A DNA stretch of 64,000 nucleotides from Chloroflexota bacterium (GCA_023480885.1 JAMCWX010000018.1:5086-69085), one strand, 5' to 3'; shown: positions 29,476-39,102, counted from the first letter of the stretch. A program made the numbers and translations. Notes: generated from the letters alone by a model not told the origin.

Positions 29476-32400
29476 ATCGTAGCCAAGCGTACGACCTAGT
29501 CCGCCAGACATTCGCCCATAAGTTCGACAAGAGCCTCTTCGCGAGGGTCAGCAGGGAGCTCTTGAACCATATGGACGAGTCCAGGGCAAAGTCGTGGAAT
29601 AGCCAGTACGTGAAGGACGCCTTCAAGGGACACGTCCAGCGTTACGAACGCCTGGGCACGTACACCTCGCCGAAAAAAGAGAAACTAGACGTCTTGATTG
29701 TCTACCTGACCAGCGAATCCAAGCTCGAGCGCGCCCGCACGGCGATACGCAATTTTGTGGCGGACCACCTGAAAACCCGCGACGAAAAGGACGCCGCCCT
29801 CGTGGCGTTCGTCTCGCCCTCGGAAAGCACCTGGCGGTTCTCTTACATCAAAATGGAATACGCCTCCGTCGAAAAGCCCACCGGCAGAGTCGGCGTCGAA
29901 GCGCGCCTGACGCCGGCGCGGCGCTTTTCCTACATCGTCGGGGAGGGCGAGAGCTGCCACACTGCGCAGACCCGATTCCTGGGTTTGCTTCAAGATACCG
30001 CGACCGACCCGACGCTGGCGGATATCGAGGATGCATTCAGCGTCGAGGCCGTCACCAAGGAGTTCTTCACCAGGTACGCGGAGCTATTCGGGGAGATCCA
30101 CAAGGCGCTGGACAGGCTGGTCGTCAATGACGCGACAGTCCGCGACGAGTTCGCGGCCAAGGGCCTCAAGACCGTGGACTTTGCCAAGAAGCTTGTGGGC
30201 CAGATCGTGTTCCTGCACTTTCTCCAAAGGAAGGGCTGGCTTGGCGTCGGCAAGGGGCAGGACTGGGGCAGCGGCCCGCGCGATTTTCTGCGGCGGATGG
30301 CCAACGGCGAGTACGGCAAATACGACAATTTCTACAACGACGTTCTCGAGCCCCTCTTTTACGACACCCTCGCCACCGACCGCGGGCACGAGGCATGGTG
30401 CGATCGTTTCCAGTGCCGCGTCCCCTTCCTCAACGGCGGGCTCTTCGAGCCGCCTGGCGATTATGACTGGCGCAAGACGGACATCATCCTGCCCAACAAA
30501 TTGTTTACCAACGCCGAGCACGTGGAGGAGGGCATCAGGGGCACGGGTGTCCTCGACGTGTTCGATCGTTACAACTTCACGGTCAACGAGGCCGAGCCGT
30601 TGGAAAAAGAGGTGGCCATCGACCCCGAAATGCTCGGCAAGGTCTTCGAAAACCTGATCGAAGAAAACAGGCGGAAGGGGCTGGGCGCGTATTACACCCC
30701 GCGCGAGATCGTCCACTATATGTGCCAGGAAAGCCTCATCAACTACCTGGACACGGCGGTCAACGCGCGCGAGAAATCCCTCGTGCCGGAAAAACCTGAG
30801 CAAGGAAAGCTCTTTGGGGAACCCGAGCCGGTGCAGACCACGCTGAAAACGCCCGCGTATGAGGAAGTTGTTCCCCGTGCCGACATCGAAACCTTCGTCC
30901 GCCTGGGCGAGCAAATCTCCCACTACGAGGCAGTGGACACCAGGTATCCTGTTAAGATGCCGAAGAGTATCGAACAACACGCACGGTTGATCGACGAGAA
31001 GCTCGCCGAGATTACCGTTTGCGACCCGGCCGTCGGGTCGGGCGCGTTCCCCGTGGGGATGATGACCGAGATCGTCCGCGCCCGCTGCGCGCTCACGCCC
31101 TACTTCAACGACGTCCACGAGCGCACGCCATACCACTTCAAGCGCCACGCCATTCAGAATTGTCTCTACGGCGTGGACATCGACGCCGGCGCAGTCGAGA
31201 TCGCCAAGCTGCGCCTCTGGCTTTCCCTGGTGGTGGACGAAGAGGACGTGAAGCAGATCAAGCCATTGCCGAATCTCGATTACAAGATTGTGACAGGGAA
31301 CTCGTTGACCGGCGTGGAAAAGAATCTGTTCAACGTGGACCTTTTCGAACGACTGGAAGACTTGAAGCCACGCTATTTCAACGAGTCAGACAAAACCAGG
31401 AAGGGCACGTACAAACACGAGATCGATACTTTGATTCATTTGCTTACCAAAGGCAAACAGGCATTTGACTTCGAGGTGTATTTCTCCGAGGTATTCCACC
31501 TGAAGCGCGGATTTGACGTCATGATTGCCAATCCGCCATATGTTAGTCATGACCAGATAACCGAAGACAAGGACACACTCAGGCGCATTTTCAACGCCTA
31601 CAATGCCTTCGCTGATCTCTACTGCTACTTCCTTGAGCGGGCAGTTGACTTATTGCACCTTGAAGGCACACTAACTTTTATAACTTCGAACTCATACTTG
31701 AAGGCGGAGTACGGCGCTAAACTAAGATCACTTCTCCGCAAGAAAACAACAATTCGACAACTGCTGAATCTTGAGGTATCTCAGATCTTCTCTGACGCAA
31801 TTGTCAATGTGGCAATCCTGGTTGCACAAAAAACGGGCAGCCAAGGTGAAAGGCAAACAGACATGGCGAGGGTTAGCAACAGCACCTGGAACTCAGATGG
31901 TTTTCATGAGTTTGTGCGGTCCCAGTCCTTTTTCATCCCGTTGCAGCACTTTCTTAGCCCCCAGTGGAGCCTGGAAAAACCCGAGATTCTTGCGGTTCGG
32001 TCCAAAATCGAGATTGGGGGCCGCACGCTTAAGCAGATGGGGGCGAAGATCCGGCTTGGGGTGGCAACGGGCTGTAACGATGCCTTCGTTATCGATTCGG
32101 CAAAGCGAGAAGAACTTATCCTGGAGCAGAAGGCCAGCGCCGACATCATTGTACCTGTTATCAGGGGACGTGACGTGGAGAGATACGGCAACCTCAAACC
32201 CAGCCTATTCCTCATCGCGGCAAAAAATGGCGTTAATATTATGCGGGACTATCCGGCCATCTATGGACACCTTCATTCGTTCGGAGAGAAGTTCCGGAAG
32301 CGCGGCGCACAGGGCGAGAACTGGTGGAACTTAAGGGCATGTGCCTTCTACGACGACTTTAGCAAGGACAAAATTGTGTGGATGGAACTCAGTGATAAAG

Positions 32401-32789
32401 CGCGGTTTACCAAGTGCCAAGCGGGTGTCTGGTGCCTCAACTCCGCGTACTTTTTGTTACCTCCACACGCATGCTCCGCGAACTACCTTCTCGCAATTCT
32501 TAACTCTCGAGCAATCTACTTCTACTTCAAGCTGATCGCGCAGACCAGCGGCATGGGTGTACCACGATGGATTAACCTGTATGTGGAGCAGTTTCCAATC
32601 CCGAACGCAGCCCCTCAGATCAGGACGAAACTAGAGGATATGGTTGAATGTATCCTTTCACAAAAGCAGAGCAATCCCAAGGCCGGCACGTCGGCGCTAG
32701 AGCAGGAAATTAATGAGGCTATTTACCGGCTCTATGGTCTTACCGATGAGGAAATCGCCATCGTGGAAGAATCGACCCGTACGACGTGA
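29472..32789 (+). CDS. Type IIG/Eco57I-like N6-adenine DNA methyltransferase with C-terminal TRD
   Basis: GAYYTPRE, DPAVGSGAF, NPPY, FITSNS; TaqI-C-like C-terminus; GTGA overlap with the helicase stop. Confidence 0.9.
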   Translation: MNRSQAYDLVRQTFAHKFDKSLFARVSRELLNHMDESRAKSWNSQYVKDAFKGHVQRYERLGTYTSPKKEKLDVLIVYLTSESKLERARTAIRNFVADHLKTRDEKDAALVAFVSPSESTWRFSYIKMEYASVEKPTGRVGVEARLTPARRFSYIVGEGESCHTAQTRFLGLLQDTATDPTLADIEDAFSVEAVTKEFFTRYAELFGEIHKALDRLVVNDATVRDEFAAKGLKTVDFAKKLVGQIVFLHFLQRKGWLGVGKGQDWGSGPRDFLRRMANGEYGKYDNFYNDVLEPLFYDTLATDRGHEAWCDRFQCRVPFLNGGLFEPPGDYDWRKTDIILPNKLFTNAEHVEEGIRGTGVLDVFDRYNFTVNEAEPLEKEVAIDPEMLGKVFENLIEENRRKGLGAYYTPREIVHYMCQESLINYLDTAVNAREKSLVPEKPEQGKLFGEPEPVQTTLKTPAYEEVVPRADIETFVRLGEQISHYEAVDTRYPVKMPKSIEQHARLIDEKLAEITVCDPAVGSGAFPVGMMTEIVRARCALTPYFNDVHERTPYHFKRHAIQNCLYGVDIDAGAVEIAKLRLWLSLVVDEEDVKQIKPLPNLDYKIVTGNSLTGVEKNLFNVDLFERLEDLKPRYFNESDKTRKGTYKHEIDTLIHLLTKGKQAFDFEVYFSEVFHLKRGFDVMIANPPYVSHDQITEDKDTLRRIFNAYNAFADLYCYFLERAVDLLHLEGTLTFITSNSYLKAEYGAKLRSLLRKKTTIRQLLNLEVSQIFSDAIVNVAILVAQKTGSQGERQTDMARVSNSTWNSDGFHEFVRSQSFFIPLQHFLSPQWSLEKPEILAVRSKIEIGGRTLKQMGAKIRLGVATGCNDAFVIDSAKREELILEQKASADIIVPVIRGRDVERYGNLKPSLFLIAAKNGVNIMRDYPAIYGHLHSFGEKFRKRGAQGENWWNLRACAFYDDFSKDKIVWMELSDKARFTKCQAGVWCLNSAYFLLPPHACSANYLLAILNSRAIYFYFKLIAQTSGMGVPRWINLYVEQFPIPNAAPQIRTKLEDMVECILSQKQSNPKAGTSALEQEINEAIYRLYGLTDEEIAIVEESTRTT

Positions 32790-33108
32790 CTGCAGAAGAA
32801 CTTCTTTTCCGCTGACCCGCCTAGTACTTTGGGCCTCCCCTGTCCAGCCCAGTCGCTATCTCAGGAAACAGCCAGTTGATTGATTCGTTGGACGCCCATG
32901 GCAGACCTGGGCCAGCCCTTCGCACGAAGCGTTCCCCACATTCCGCTACCGCAGTATACTCATCGCCAGCAGACCGGCGCGAGAATAGTTTGGTTATCAT
33001 ACCCGTCCTTGTCCGCCACGGGCCTCGGTAGTAGAATAGATATTACAGGGTTGAACGGCCCTTCGTGCAAAGGCGATAGCGGCGCTAGCGCCAGGGGAAA
33101 CGGTACCT

Positions 33109-34134
33109 ATGTCGGAGAGCATCCAGGACATACTGTTTGTGGAGCTTGTCGGCGGCATCGGCGACCTGCTTATCGCGCTGCCGGCCATTCACGCCACAGC
33201 CCGCTCCCATCCCGATGCGCGCCTGAACGTCCTGACCTTCCCCGCGCACGCCGAGCTGATCGAGAAAGACCCGCTCATCGCGCGCATCTTCACGACGCCG
33301 CCTGAGGGCGGCTCACGGGATTACCTCTCTCAAACCGAAACCCTGCGCGACGTGCTCGCGAGCGAGCGTTTCGACGTCGTCGTCTCCGACGCATCCTATG
33401 GCGGCATCGACCGCCTGGTGGAAGGCAGCGGCGCAAGGCGCAAAGTATCACACCTTCGGCAACGATCCTCCGGAGAAGAATCGATCGAGGAGCGATTGGT
33501 CTCGCTCCTCGTCGACGAGGGCCTGGTCGACGCCGCTTTTCGCGGACTGATCGGGCGCATAGCGCTTAGCAGCGACGAGCGGCTATGGGCCAGGGTATGG
33601 CTGTGCAACAACCTGCCGGGACGAAAACGCAGCGCGGTCATTCATCCAGGGGCAGGAATGGCCATCAAGCGCTGGCCGACCGAACGCTTCGTTAGCCTAG
33701 GCAAGTGGCTGGCGCAAGAGGCTGAGCTTAATGTCATCATCTCGGCTGGCGACGAGAACCGTCTGGCCGAGGAGATCGCGCTCGGCGTCGGCGCCGACGC
33801 CTTCATACTGCCGAAGACCGGCCTCAGGAAGTTCGCCGCCATGGTTGCGGAGGCGGTCGTCTTCGCCTCAGTCGATACGGGGCCCGCTCGCGTTGCCGCG
33901 GCTGTGGGCACTTACGCCATCGTCCTGTTCGGTCCCAGTTGGGCTGGCCTGTACGGTCTTCGCGAGTCCAGCGTCAACCTCCAGTCGCCGAGACCATGCC
34001 CAGAGCGAATGCGATTCAATTTCGCCGAGCAGAGCTGCTGGCAAAGCGGCGTATGCATTTACCCCGAGATCCGATCGTGCGTCGAGGATATAGGGGTGGA
34101 GATGGTGGTGAGCGAGATACGGAAGGTTTTGTGA
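33109..34134 (+). CDS. Glycosyltransferase family 9 (heptosyltransferase-like)
   Basis: GGIGDLL, HPGAG..KRWP, DTGPARVAAAVG, LFGP. Confidence 0.85.
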   Translation: MSESIQDILFVELVGGIGDLLIALPAIHATARSHPDARLNVLTFPAHAELIEKDPLIARIFTTPPEGGSRDYLSQTETLRDVLASERFDVVVSDASYGGIDRLVEGSGARRKVSHLRQRSSGEESIEERLVSLLVDEGLVDAAFRGLIGRIALSSDERLWARVWLCNNLPGRKRSAVIHPGAGMAIKRWPTERFVSLGKWLAQEAELNVIISAGDENRLAEEIALGVGADAFILPKTGLRKFAAMVAEAVVFASVDTGPARVAAAVGTYAIVLFGPSWAGLYGLRESSVNLQSPRPCPERMRFNFAEQSCWQSGVCIYPEIRSCVEDIGVEMVVSEIRKVL

Positions 34135-34240
34135 GAACAGCCTGCCTGCTTATGTTGAGTGGCAGGGAGACCGAGTTGGATAGCAATACAATCCTTTAAT
34201 ACTCGCCTCCAGGATTCTTTCAAACTCCCTCCCAAACCTG

Positions 34241-34294
34241 TTGACAGGCACTAGATTTTGTGCTAAATTGCATACCGGGCACAAGATGTAGTAG
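34241..34294 (+). promoter_or_regulatory. nrdR-nrdJ promoter with tandem NrdR boxes
   Basis: TTGACA-17-TAAATT; boxes gcactagattttgtgc (34248) and gcacaagatgtagtag (34279), 31 bp apart. Confidence 0.85.
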
Positions 34295-34428
34295 TTATGC
34301 AAAGTAAGGCGAGGCATTCATCTATCTGGGACGTCGTTTCGCACCCTCGAAGCGTCGAATGAGATCGAAGACTCAAGCGAGCGTGCCCACGATACATCAC
34401 GACGCAACCATAGCACCACGCCCAGCCT

Positions 34429-34526
34429 GCTAGGAAGGACATTCTGGGATGCGTTCCCCCGCAATGCCCGGCTCAGGGGCTTGATAACTGAGACGCTAGG
34501 AAGGACATTCAAGGATGCGTTGCCCC
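34429..34526 (+). repeat. Direct duplication of the nrdR RBS/start region
   Basis: gctaggaaggacattctgggATGcgttcccc vs gctaggaaggacattcaaggATGcgttgccc, 66 nt apart. Confidence 0.85.
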
Positions 34527-35012
34527 TATTGTTCCGATTCGGAGACGCGTGTGACGGACTCCCGCGAAGGGGAGCGGACCGTGAGACGGCGGCGGGAGTG
34601 TCTCGCCTGTGGCCGTCGATTCACCACCTACGAGCGCGTAGAGTCGATCAGCACGTGGGTCGTCAAGAAGGATGGTCGGCGTGAGGCATTCGACGGCCAA
34701 AAGCTCATCGAAGGCATTCGCAAAGCGTGCGCCAAGCGCCCTGTCGCCACCGAAGTCATCGAAGGTCTCGTCAACGAGGTCGAAAGCGAGCTGCTCAAGC
34801 TGGGGCCAGTGGAAGTGCCGAGCAAGAGTATTGGCGAGATGGTCATACAGAGGCTGCGCGAGATAGACGACGTCGCCTACGTCCGATTCGCCTCGGTTTA
34901 CCGACAGTTCGCCGACGTGGACAATCTCATCGAGGAGATCGAAGATTACAAAGAGTGGAAGAAAAACACAAGCGTTCTGAAACATCAAATGAGCCTGTTG
35001 ACCCTGGATTAA
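34515..35012 (+). CDS. nrdR: Transcriptional repressor NrdR
   Basis: [25 protein letters not shown] cone, YVRFASVY. Confidence 0.97.
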   Translation: MRCPYCSDSETRVTDSREGERTVRRRRECLACGRRFTTYERVESISTWVVKKDGRREAFDGQKLIEGIRKACAKRPVATEVIEGLVNEVESELLKLGPVEVPSKSIGEMVIQRLREIDDVAYVRFASVYRQFADVDNLIEEIEDYKEWKKNTSVLKHQMSLLTLD

Positions 35013-35042
35013 TATATGCATCGAGATGTGAGGAGGGAGTGA

Positions 35043-37307
35043 ATGTCTGAATCGGTCAAGGTTAGCTTGTCTGCCAACGCCATCGCTGTGCTGGAAAGGC
35101 GATACCTTAAGAAGGATCTCGAGGGTAACCCTATCGAGACGGCCGATGACCTTTTCCGCCGAGTGGCAAGGAACATCGCCTCGGCTGAAATGAAGTACGA
35201 TCCTCAGGCCGACGTCGCCGAGGTCGAGGAACAGCTCTACCGAGTAATGGTCAATTTGGACTTCCTCCCGAATTCGCCGACGCTGATGAACGCGGGACGC
35301 GAGCTACAGCAGCTCTCTGCTTGCTTCGTCCTTCCTGTAGACGACTCGATGGAATCGATCTTCGACGCCGTCAAGAACACGGCGCTGATCCATAAAAGCG
35401 GCGGGGGCACTGGCTTCTCCTTCAGTCGCATTCGCCCCGAGAACGACCGCGTGCTCTCGACGGGAGGCATCGCCAGCGGCCCGATCTCTTTCATGAAGGT
35501 GTTCGACGCGGCGACGGACGCGGTGAAGCAGGGCGGCACCCGGCGTGGGGCCAACATGGCCATTCTCAACGTCGATCATCCCGACATACTGAAGTTCATC
35601 AGTTGTAAGAAGAACAACGACGTCTTCAACAACTTCAATATCTCGGTGGCGCTGACCGAGGAGTTTATGCGTGCCGTGGAGTTTGACGGCACCTACGATT
35701 TGATAAACCCGCGCAGCGGCGAGGTGGTGGAGACCGTCTCGGCCCGCAGGGTGTTCGACGCCATCGTGGAGATGGCCTGGACCAACGGGGAGCCGGGAAT
35801 CGTGTTCCTCGATCGCCTGAATCGCGATAACCCGACGCCGCACATCGGGCGCATCGAGAGCACCAATCCCTGCGGCGAGCAACCGCTGCTGCCTTACGAG
35901 TCCTGCAATCTCGGCTCGATCAACCTTGCCAGGATGGTGACCAAGAAAGACGGCACGGCCATCATCGACTACGCCAAGCTGGGACGGACTGTTCGAACGG
36001 CGGCGAGGTTCCTCGACAACGTCATCGACATGAACAAATACCCGCTGCCGCAGATCGAAGATATGACGAAGGGCAACCGCAAGATCGGCCTCGGCGTGAT
36101 GGGCTTCGCCGATATGTTGATTCAACTGGGCATCCGCTACGATTCACTGGAAGCTCTCAGGGTAGCCGACGACGTCATGCGCTTCATTCGGGACAGCGCG
36201 CGGCAGATGTCGAAGGAGCTGGCCGAGCAACGTGGCTGCTTCCCCAACTTCCGAGGCAGCGTCTATGATCGCATCGACGGTTCACAAATGAGAAACGCCA
36301 CCGTCACCACGATCGCTCCCACCGGAACCCTCAGCATCATCGCGGGCTGCTCGAGCGGCATCGAGCCAATCTTCGCCGTCAGCTACGTGCGCACCGTGAT
36401 GGACAACGACAAGCTGATCGAGGTTCACCCGATCTTCGAGGAGCAGGCCAGGCGGGAAGGCTGGTACAGCAAGGAACTGATGGAGAAAATCTCCACGCGT
36501 TCGTCGATACAGGACGTCGAAGAGATTCCTATGGCCACCAGAAGGATCTTTGTGACGGCCCACGACATCGAGCCTGAATGGCACGTGAGGATGCAGGCGG
36601 CCTTCCAGAAGTATACCGACAACGCCGTGTCGAAGACGGTAAACTTCAAACGCAGCGCCACCAAGGAAGGCGTCAGGAAGGTGTATATGCTCGCCTATAG
36701 CGAGGGATGCAAGGGTGTGACCATCTATCGCGACGGCAGCAGGGACCAGCAGGTGCTCAGCGTGGGTTCCGGCGAGAAACCCGAGACGAACAAGATCAAA
36801 GTGACGCCACGCTCTCGCCCGACTGTGACCACAGGGCACACGGAGAAGGTCAACACTGGATGCGGCAACCTGTATGTCACCGTCAACTCCGACGAAGAGG
36901 GCATCTGCGAGGTATTCACGCAGATGGGCAAAGCGGGGGGCTGCGCTTCGGCCCAATCGGAGGCTATCAGCCGCCTGATCTCCCTAGCCTTACGCTCGGG
37001 CATCGAGATCGAAGCCATCGTCAAGCAACTGAAGAGCATTCGCTGCCCCTCCATTTCGATGCGCGGCGGCATAGCGATCCTCTCGTGTCCTGACGCCATT
37101 AGCAAGGTGCTGGAGAAGGACGGCAAGAAGCTCAGCGCTAGCAGCAACGGCCACGACGCGAACAGCAACGGGCACGACGCGGCTCAGATTCAGCTTCCGC
37201 TGCCCATCAAGAATCTCGCGGGCGAATGTCCTGAATGCAGCAGCCTCATCGAGTACACCGATGGCTGCTTCCTCTGCCGCTCGTGCGGCTACTCAAAGTG
37301 CGGCTAG
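35043..37307 (+). CDS. nrdJ: Class II (AdoCbl-dependent) ribonucleotide reductase with C-terminal TSCPD/zinc-ribbon domain
   Basis: PNSPTLMN, SACFV, QGGTRRGANM, TNPCGEQ, TIAPTGT, CPEC..CRSCGYSKC. Confidence 0.95.
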   Translation: MSESVKVSLSANAIAVLERRYLKKDLEGNPIETADDLFRRVARNIASAEMKYDPQADVAEVEEQLYRVMVNLDFLPNSPTLMNAGRELQQLSACFVLPVDDSMESIFDAVKNTALIHKSGGGTGFSFSRIRPENDRVLSTGGIASGPISFMKVFDAATDAVKQGGTRRGANMAILNVDHPDILKFISCKKNNDVFNNFNISVALTEEFMRAVEFDGTYDLINPRSGEVVETVSARRVFDAIVEMAWTNGEPGIVFLDRLNRDNPTPHIGRIESTNPCGEQPLLPYESCNLGSINLARMVTKKDGTAIIDYAKLGRTVRTAARFLDNVIDMNKYPLPQIEDMTKGNRKIGLGVMGFADMLIQLGIRYDSLEALRVADDVMRFIRDSARQMSKELAEQRGCFPNFRGSVYDRIDGSQMRNATVTTIAPTGTLSIIAGCSSGIEPIFAVSYVRTVMDNDKLIEVHPIFEEQARREGWYSKELMEKISTRSSIQDVEEIPMATRRIFVTAHDIEPEWHVRMQAAFQKYTDNAVSKTVNFKRSATKEGVRKVYMLAYSEGCKGVTIYRDGSRDQQVLSVGSGEKPETNKIKVTPRSRPTVTTGHTEKVNTGCGNLYVTVNSDEEGICEVFTQMGKAGGCASAQSEAISRLISLALRSGIEIEAIVKQLKSIRCPSISMRGGIAILSCPDAISKVLEKDGKKLSASSNGHDANSNGHDAAQIQLPLPIKNLAGECPECSSLIEYTDGCFLCRSCGYSKCG

Positions 37308-37325
37308 CTGTGCTAGAATTAACTG

Positions 37326-39005
37326 ATGATATGGGAAATAAAGGCCGAAGCTAGACGCAAGCTCACAAGAGAACAGGGAACGATTGTCAAAGATTGGGGC
37401 GGCAGGATTCCTGTCGCCCTCGTTTACGCGAACAAGTACAACGTCGGGATGTCCAACCTGGGCTTCCAGACCGTTTACGGAATCCTGAACGCCGACGACC
37501 GCACGGTTTGCGAGCGAGCTTTCTGGGATGGCCAGCTCATGGATGGTTCGGGGAACGCCGTGCTCTCGATCGAGTCACAGCGCGAGCTGTCCGAGTTCGC
37601 GGTCGTGGCCTTCTCGCTCACGTTCGAGCTCGACTACTTCAACGTCGTGGCGATTCTGCGGCAGGCGAAGATACCTCTTCTGGCATCCGAACGTGACGAG
37701 AGGCATCCGATCGTAATCGCCGGGGGACCGTGTGTCATCGGGAACCCTGAGCCCATCGCCCCATTCTTCGACGCGCTGGCCATCGGCGAAGGCGAAGTTA
37801 TCGCGCCGCAACTCGTCGACGCGCTCAGCCAGGGGGCGGACCTGAGCCGGGGCGATTTGCTGGAGAAACTGGCGAATATCCCTGGCGTGTACGTGCCTTC
37901 CCTGTACGAGGTGGACTATAATGCCGACGGCACGGTCGCTCGCATCGCGCCGAAGGGAGGGCGGCGAGACATCGCTTTTCCAGTTGTCCGCCAGCACGTG
38001 CGCAGCCTGGACGAGTTCCCAGTGCGTTCGGTGGTGCTCACGCCGGATACCGAGCTGGGAGACATGTTCCTGATCGAGATATCTCGCGGCTGCTCGCGAG
38101 GATGCCAGTTCTGCCTGGCAGGATTCGTCTTCTTGCCGGTCCGCGAGCGATCGCTGGAGCAGATCGTCGACCTGGCGCGGGAAGGGTTGCGTTTTCGCAA
38201 GCGGATAGGGCTGGTCGGCGCGGCGACGACGGACTACTCGCGGATGAGCGAGCTAGTGACGCGCCTGCGCGAGATAGGCGCGCAGGTGGCGATTTCGTCG
38301 CTGCGCCTGGATTCGATCTCCGACGACCTGCTCAAGGCGCTGGTTGAGAGTGGCACGAAGACGATCACGCTCGCCCCCGAGGCTGGATCGGAGCGCATGC
38401 GCAAGCTGATCAAAAAGCGCATCAGCGAGGAGCAAATCTTCCGCGCCGTCGATATGTTGGCGAAATGGAAGATAAGCAGGCTAAAGCTATACTACATGAT
38501 CGGCCTGCCCAGGGAAACGATCGAGGATGTGGAGGCTATCGTCAAGCTCACTTTAGAGATGAAGGAAAGGCTGGAACAAAAGCGCGCGAAGGTCAGCATC
38601 GGCCTGAACGTAAGCCCCTTCGTGCCGAAGGCGCAGACGCCGTTTCAGCGCGAATCGATGATGACGGTGCCCGAGATCGAAGACCGCGTACGCCGCGTCA
38701 AGCGAGGGCTGCTCCCGCACAAGGTGCAGGTGCGGACGGAAAGCGCCGAATGGTCGGAAGCGCAAGGGGTATTGGCCAGAGGCGACCGGCGTCTCGCCGG
38801 CGTGCTGGCGGCGATGGAGAGGAACACGCTGAGCGAATGGCGGCGAGCGCTGGCAGAAGCTGGCCTGTCGGCCGATTTCTACCTGCGCCGTCCTCGGCCC
38901 GCCGACGAAGTCCTGCCGTGGTCGGTCGTCCGCAGCGGCGTGCGGCCAGGCATGCCGGCGCTGGAGTTTCGGCCGATTAAGAGCAGGGCGTTGGCGCAGG
39001 AGTGA
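37326..39005 (+). CDS. Radical SAM protein with B12-binding-like N-terminus
   Basis: GMSNLG, GGPC, GEGE, RGCSRGCQFC, APEAGSERMR. Confidence 0.88.
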   Translation: MIWEIKAEARRKLTREQGTIVKDWGGRIPVALVYANKYNVGMSNLGFQTVYGILNADDRTVCERAFWDGQLMDGSGNAVLSIESQRELSEFAVVAFSLTFELDYFNVVAILRQAKIPLLASERDERHPIVIAGGPCVIGNPEPIAPFFDALAIGEGEVIAPQLVDALSQGADLSRGDLLEKLANIPGVYVPSLYEVDYNADGTVARIAPKGGRRDIAFPVVRQHVRSLDEFPVRSVVLTPDTELGDMFLIEISRGCSRGCQFCLAGFVFLPVRERSLEQIVDLAREGLRFRKRIGLVGAATTDYSRMSELVTRLREIGAQVAISSLRLDSISDDLLKALVESGTKTITLAPEAGSERMRKLIKKRISEEQIFRAVDMLAKWKISRLKLYYMIGLPRETIEDVEAIVKLTLEMKERLEQKRAKVSIGLNVSPFVPKAQTPFQRESMMTVPEIEDRVRRVKRGLLPHKVQVRTESAEWSEAQGVLARGDRRLAGVLAAMERNTLSEWRRALAEAGLSADFYLRRPRPADEVLPWSVVRSGVRPGMPALEFRPIKSRALAQE

Positions 39006-39013
39006 AGGGGGCG

Positions 39014-39102
39014 CGGCCCTCACCCTAGCCCCCTCCCAGAGGCATGCGGGGCACCTCTCCCTCTGGGAGAGGTCGCCCGAACGGAGTAAGGGCGGGTGAG
39101 TG
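39014..39102. repeat. Family B palindromic element
   Basis: ccctcaccctagccccctcccagagg...cctctccctctgggagagg...gggtgag. Confidence 0.75.

Noticed and set aside
25932-33019. 8-bp matches (tccgccac; tgtccagc) on both sides of the helicase-MTase pair as possible target duplications
   Set aside because: Too short to exceed chance; no integrase or transposase nearby
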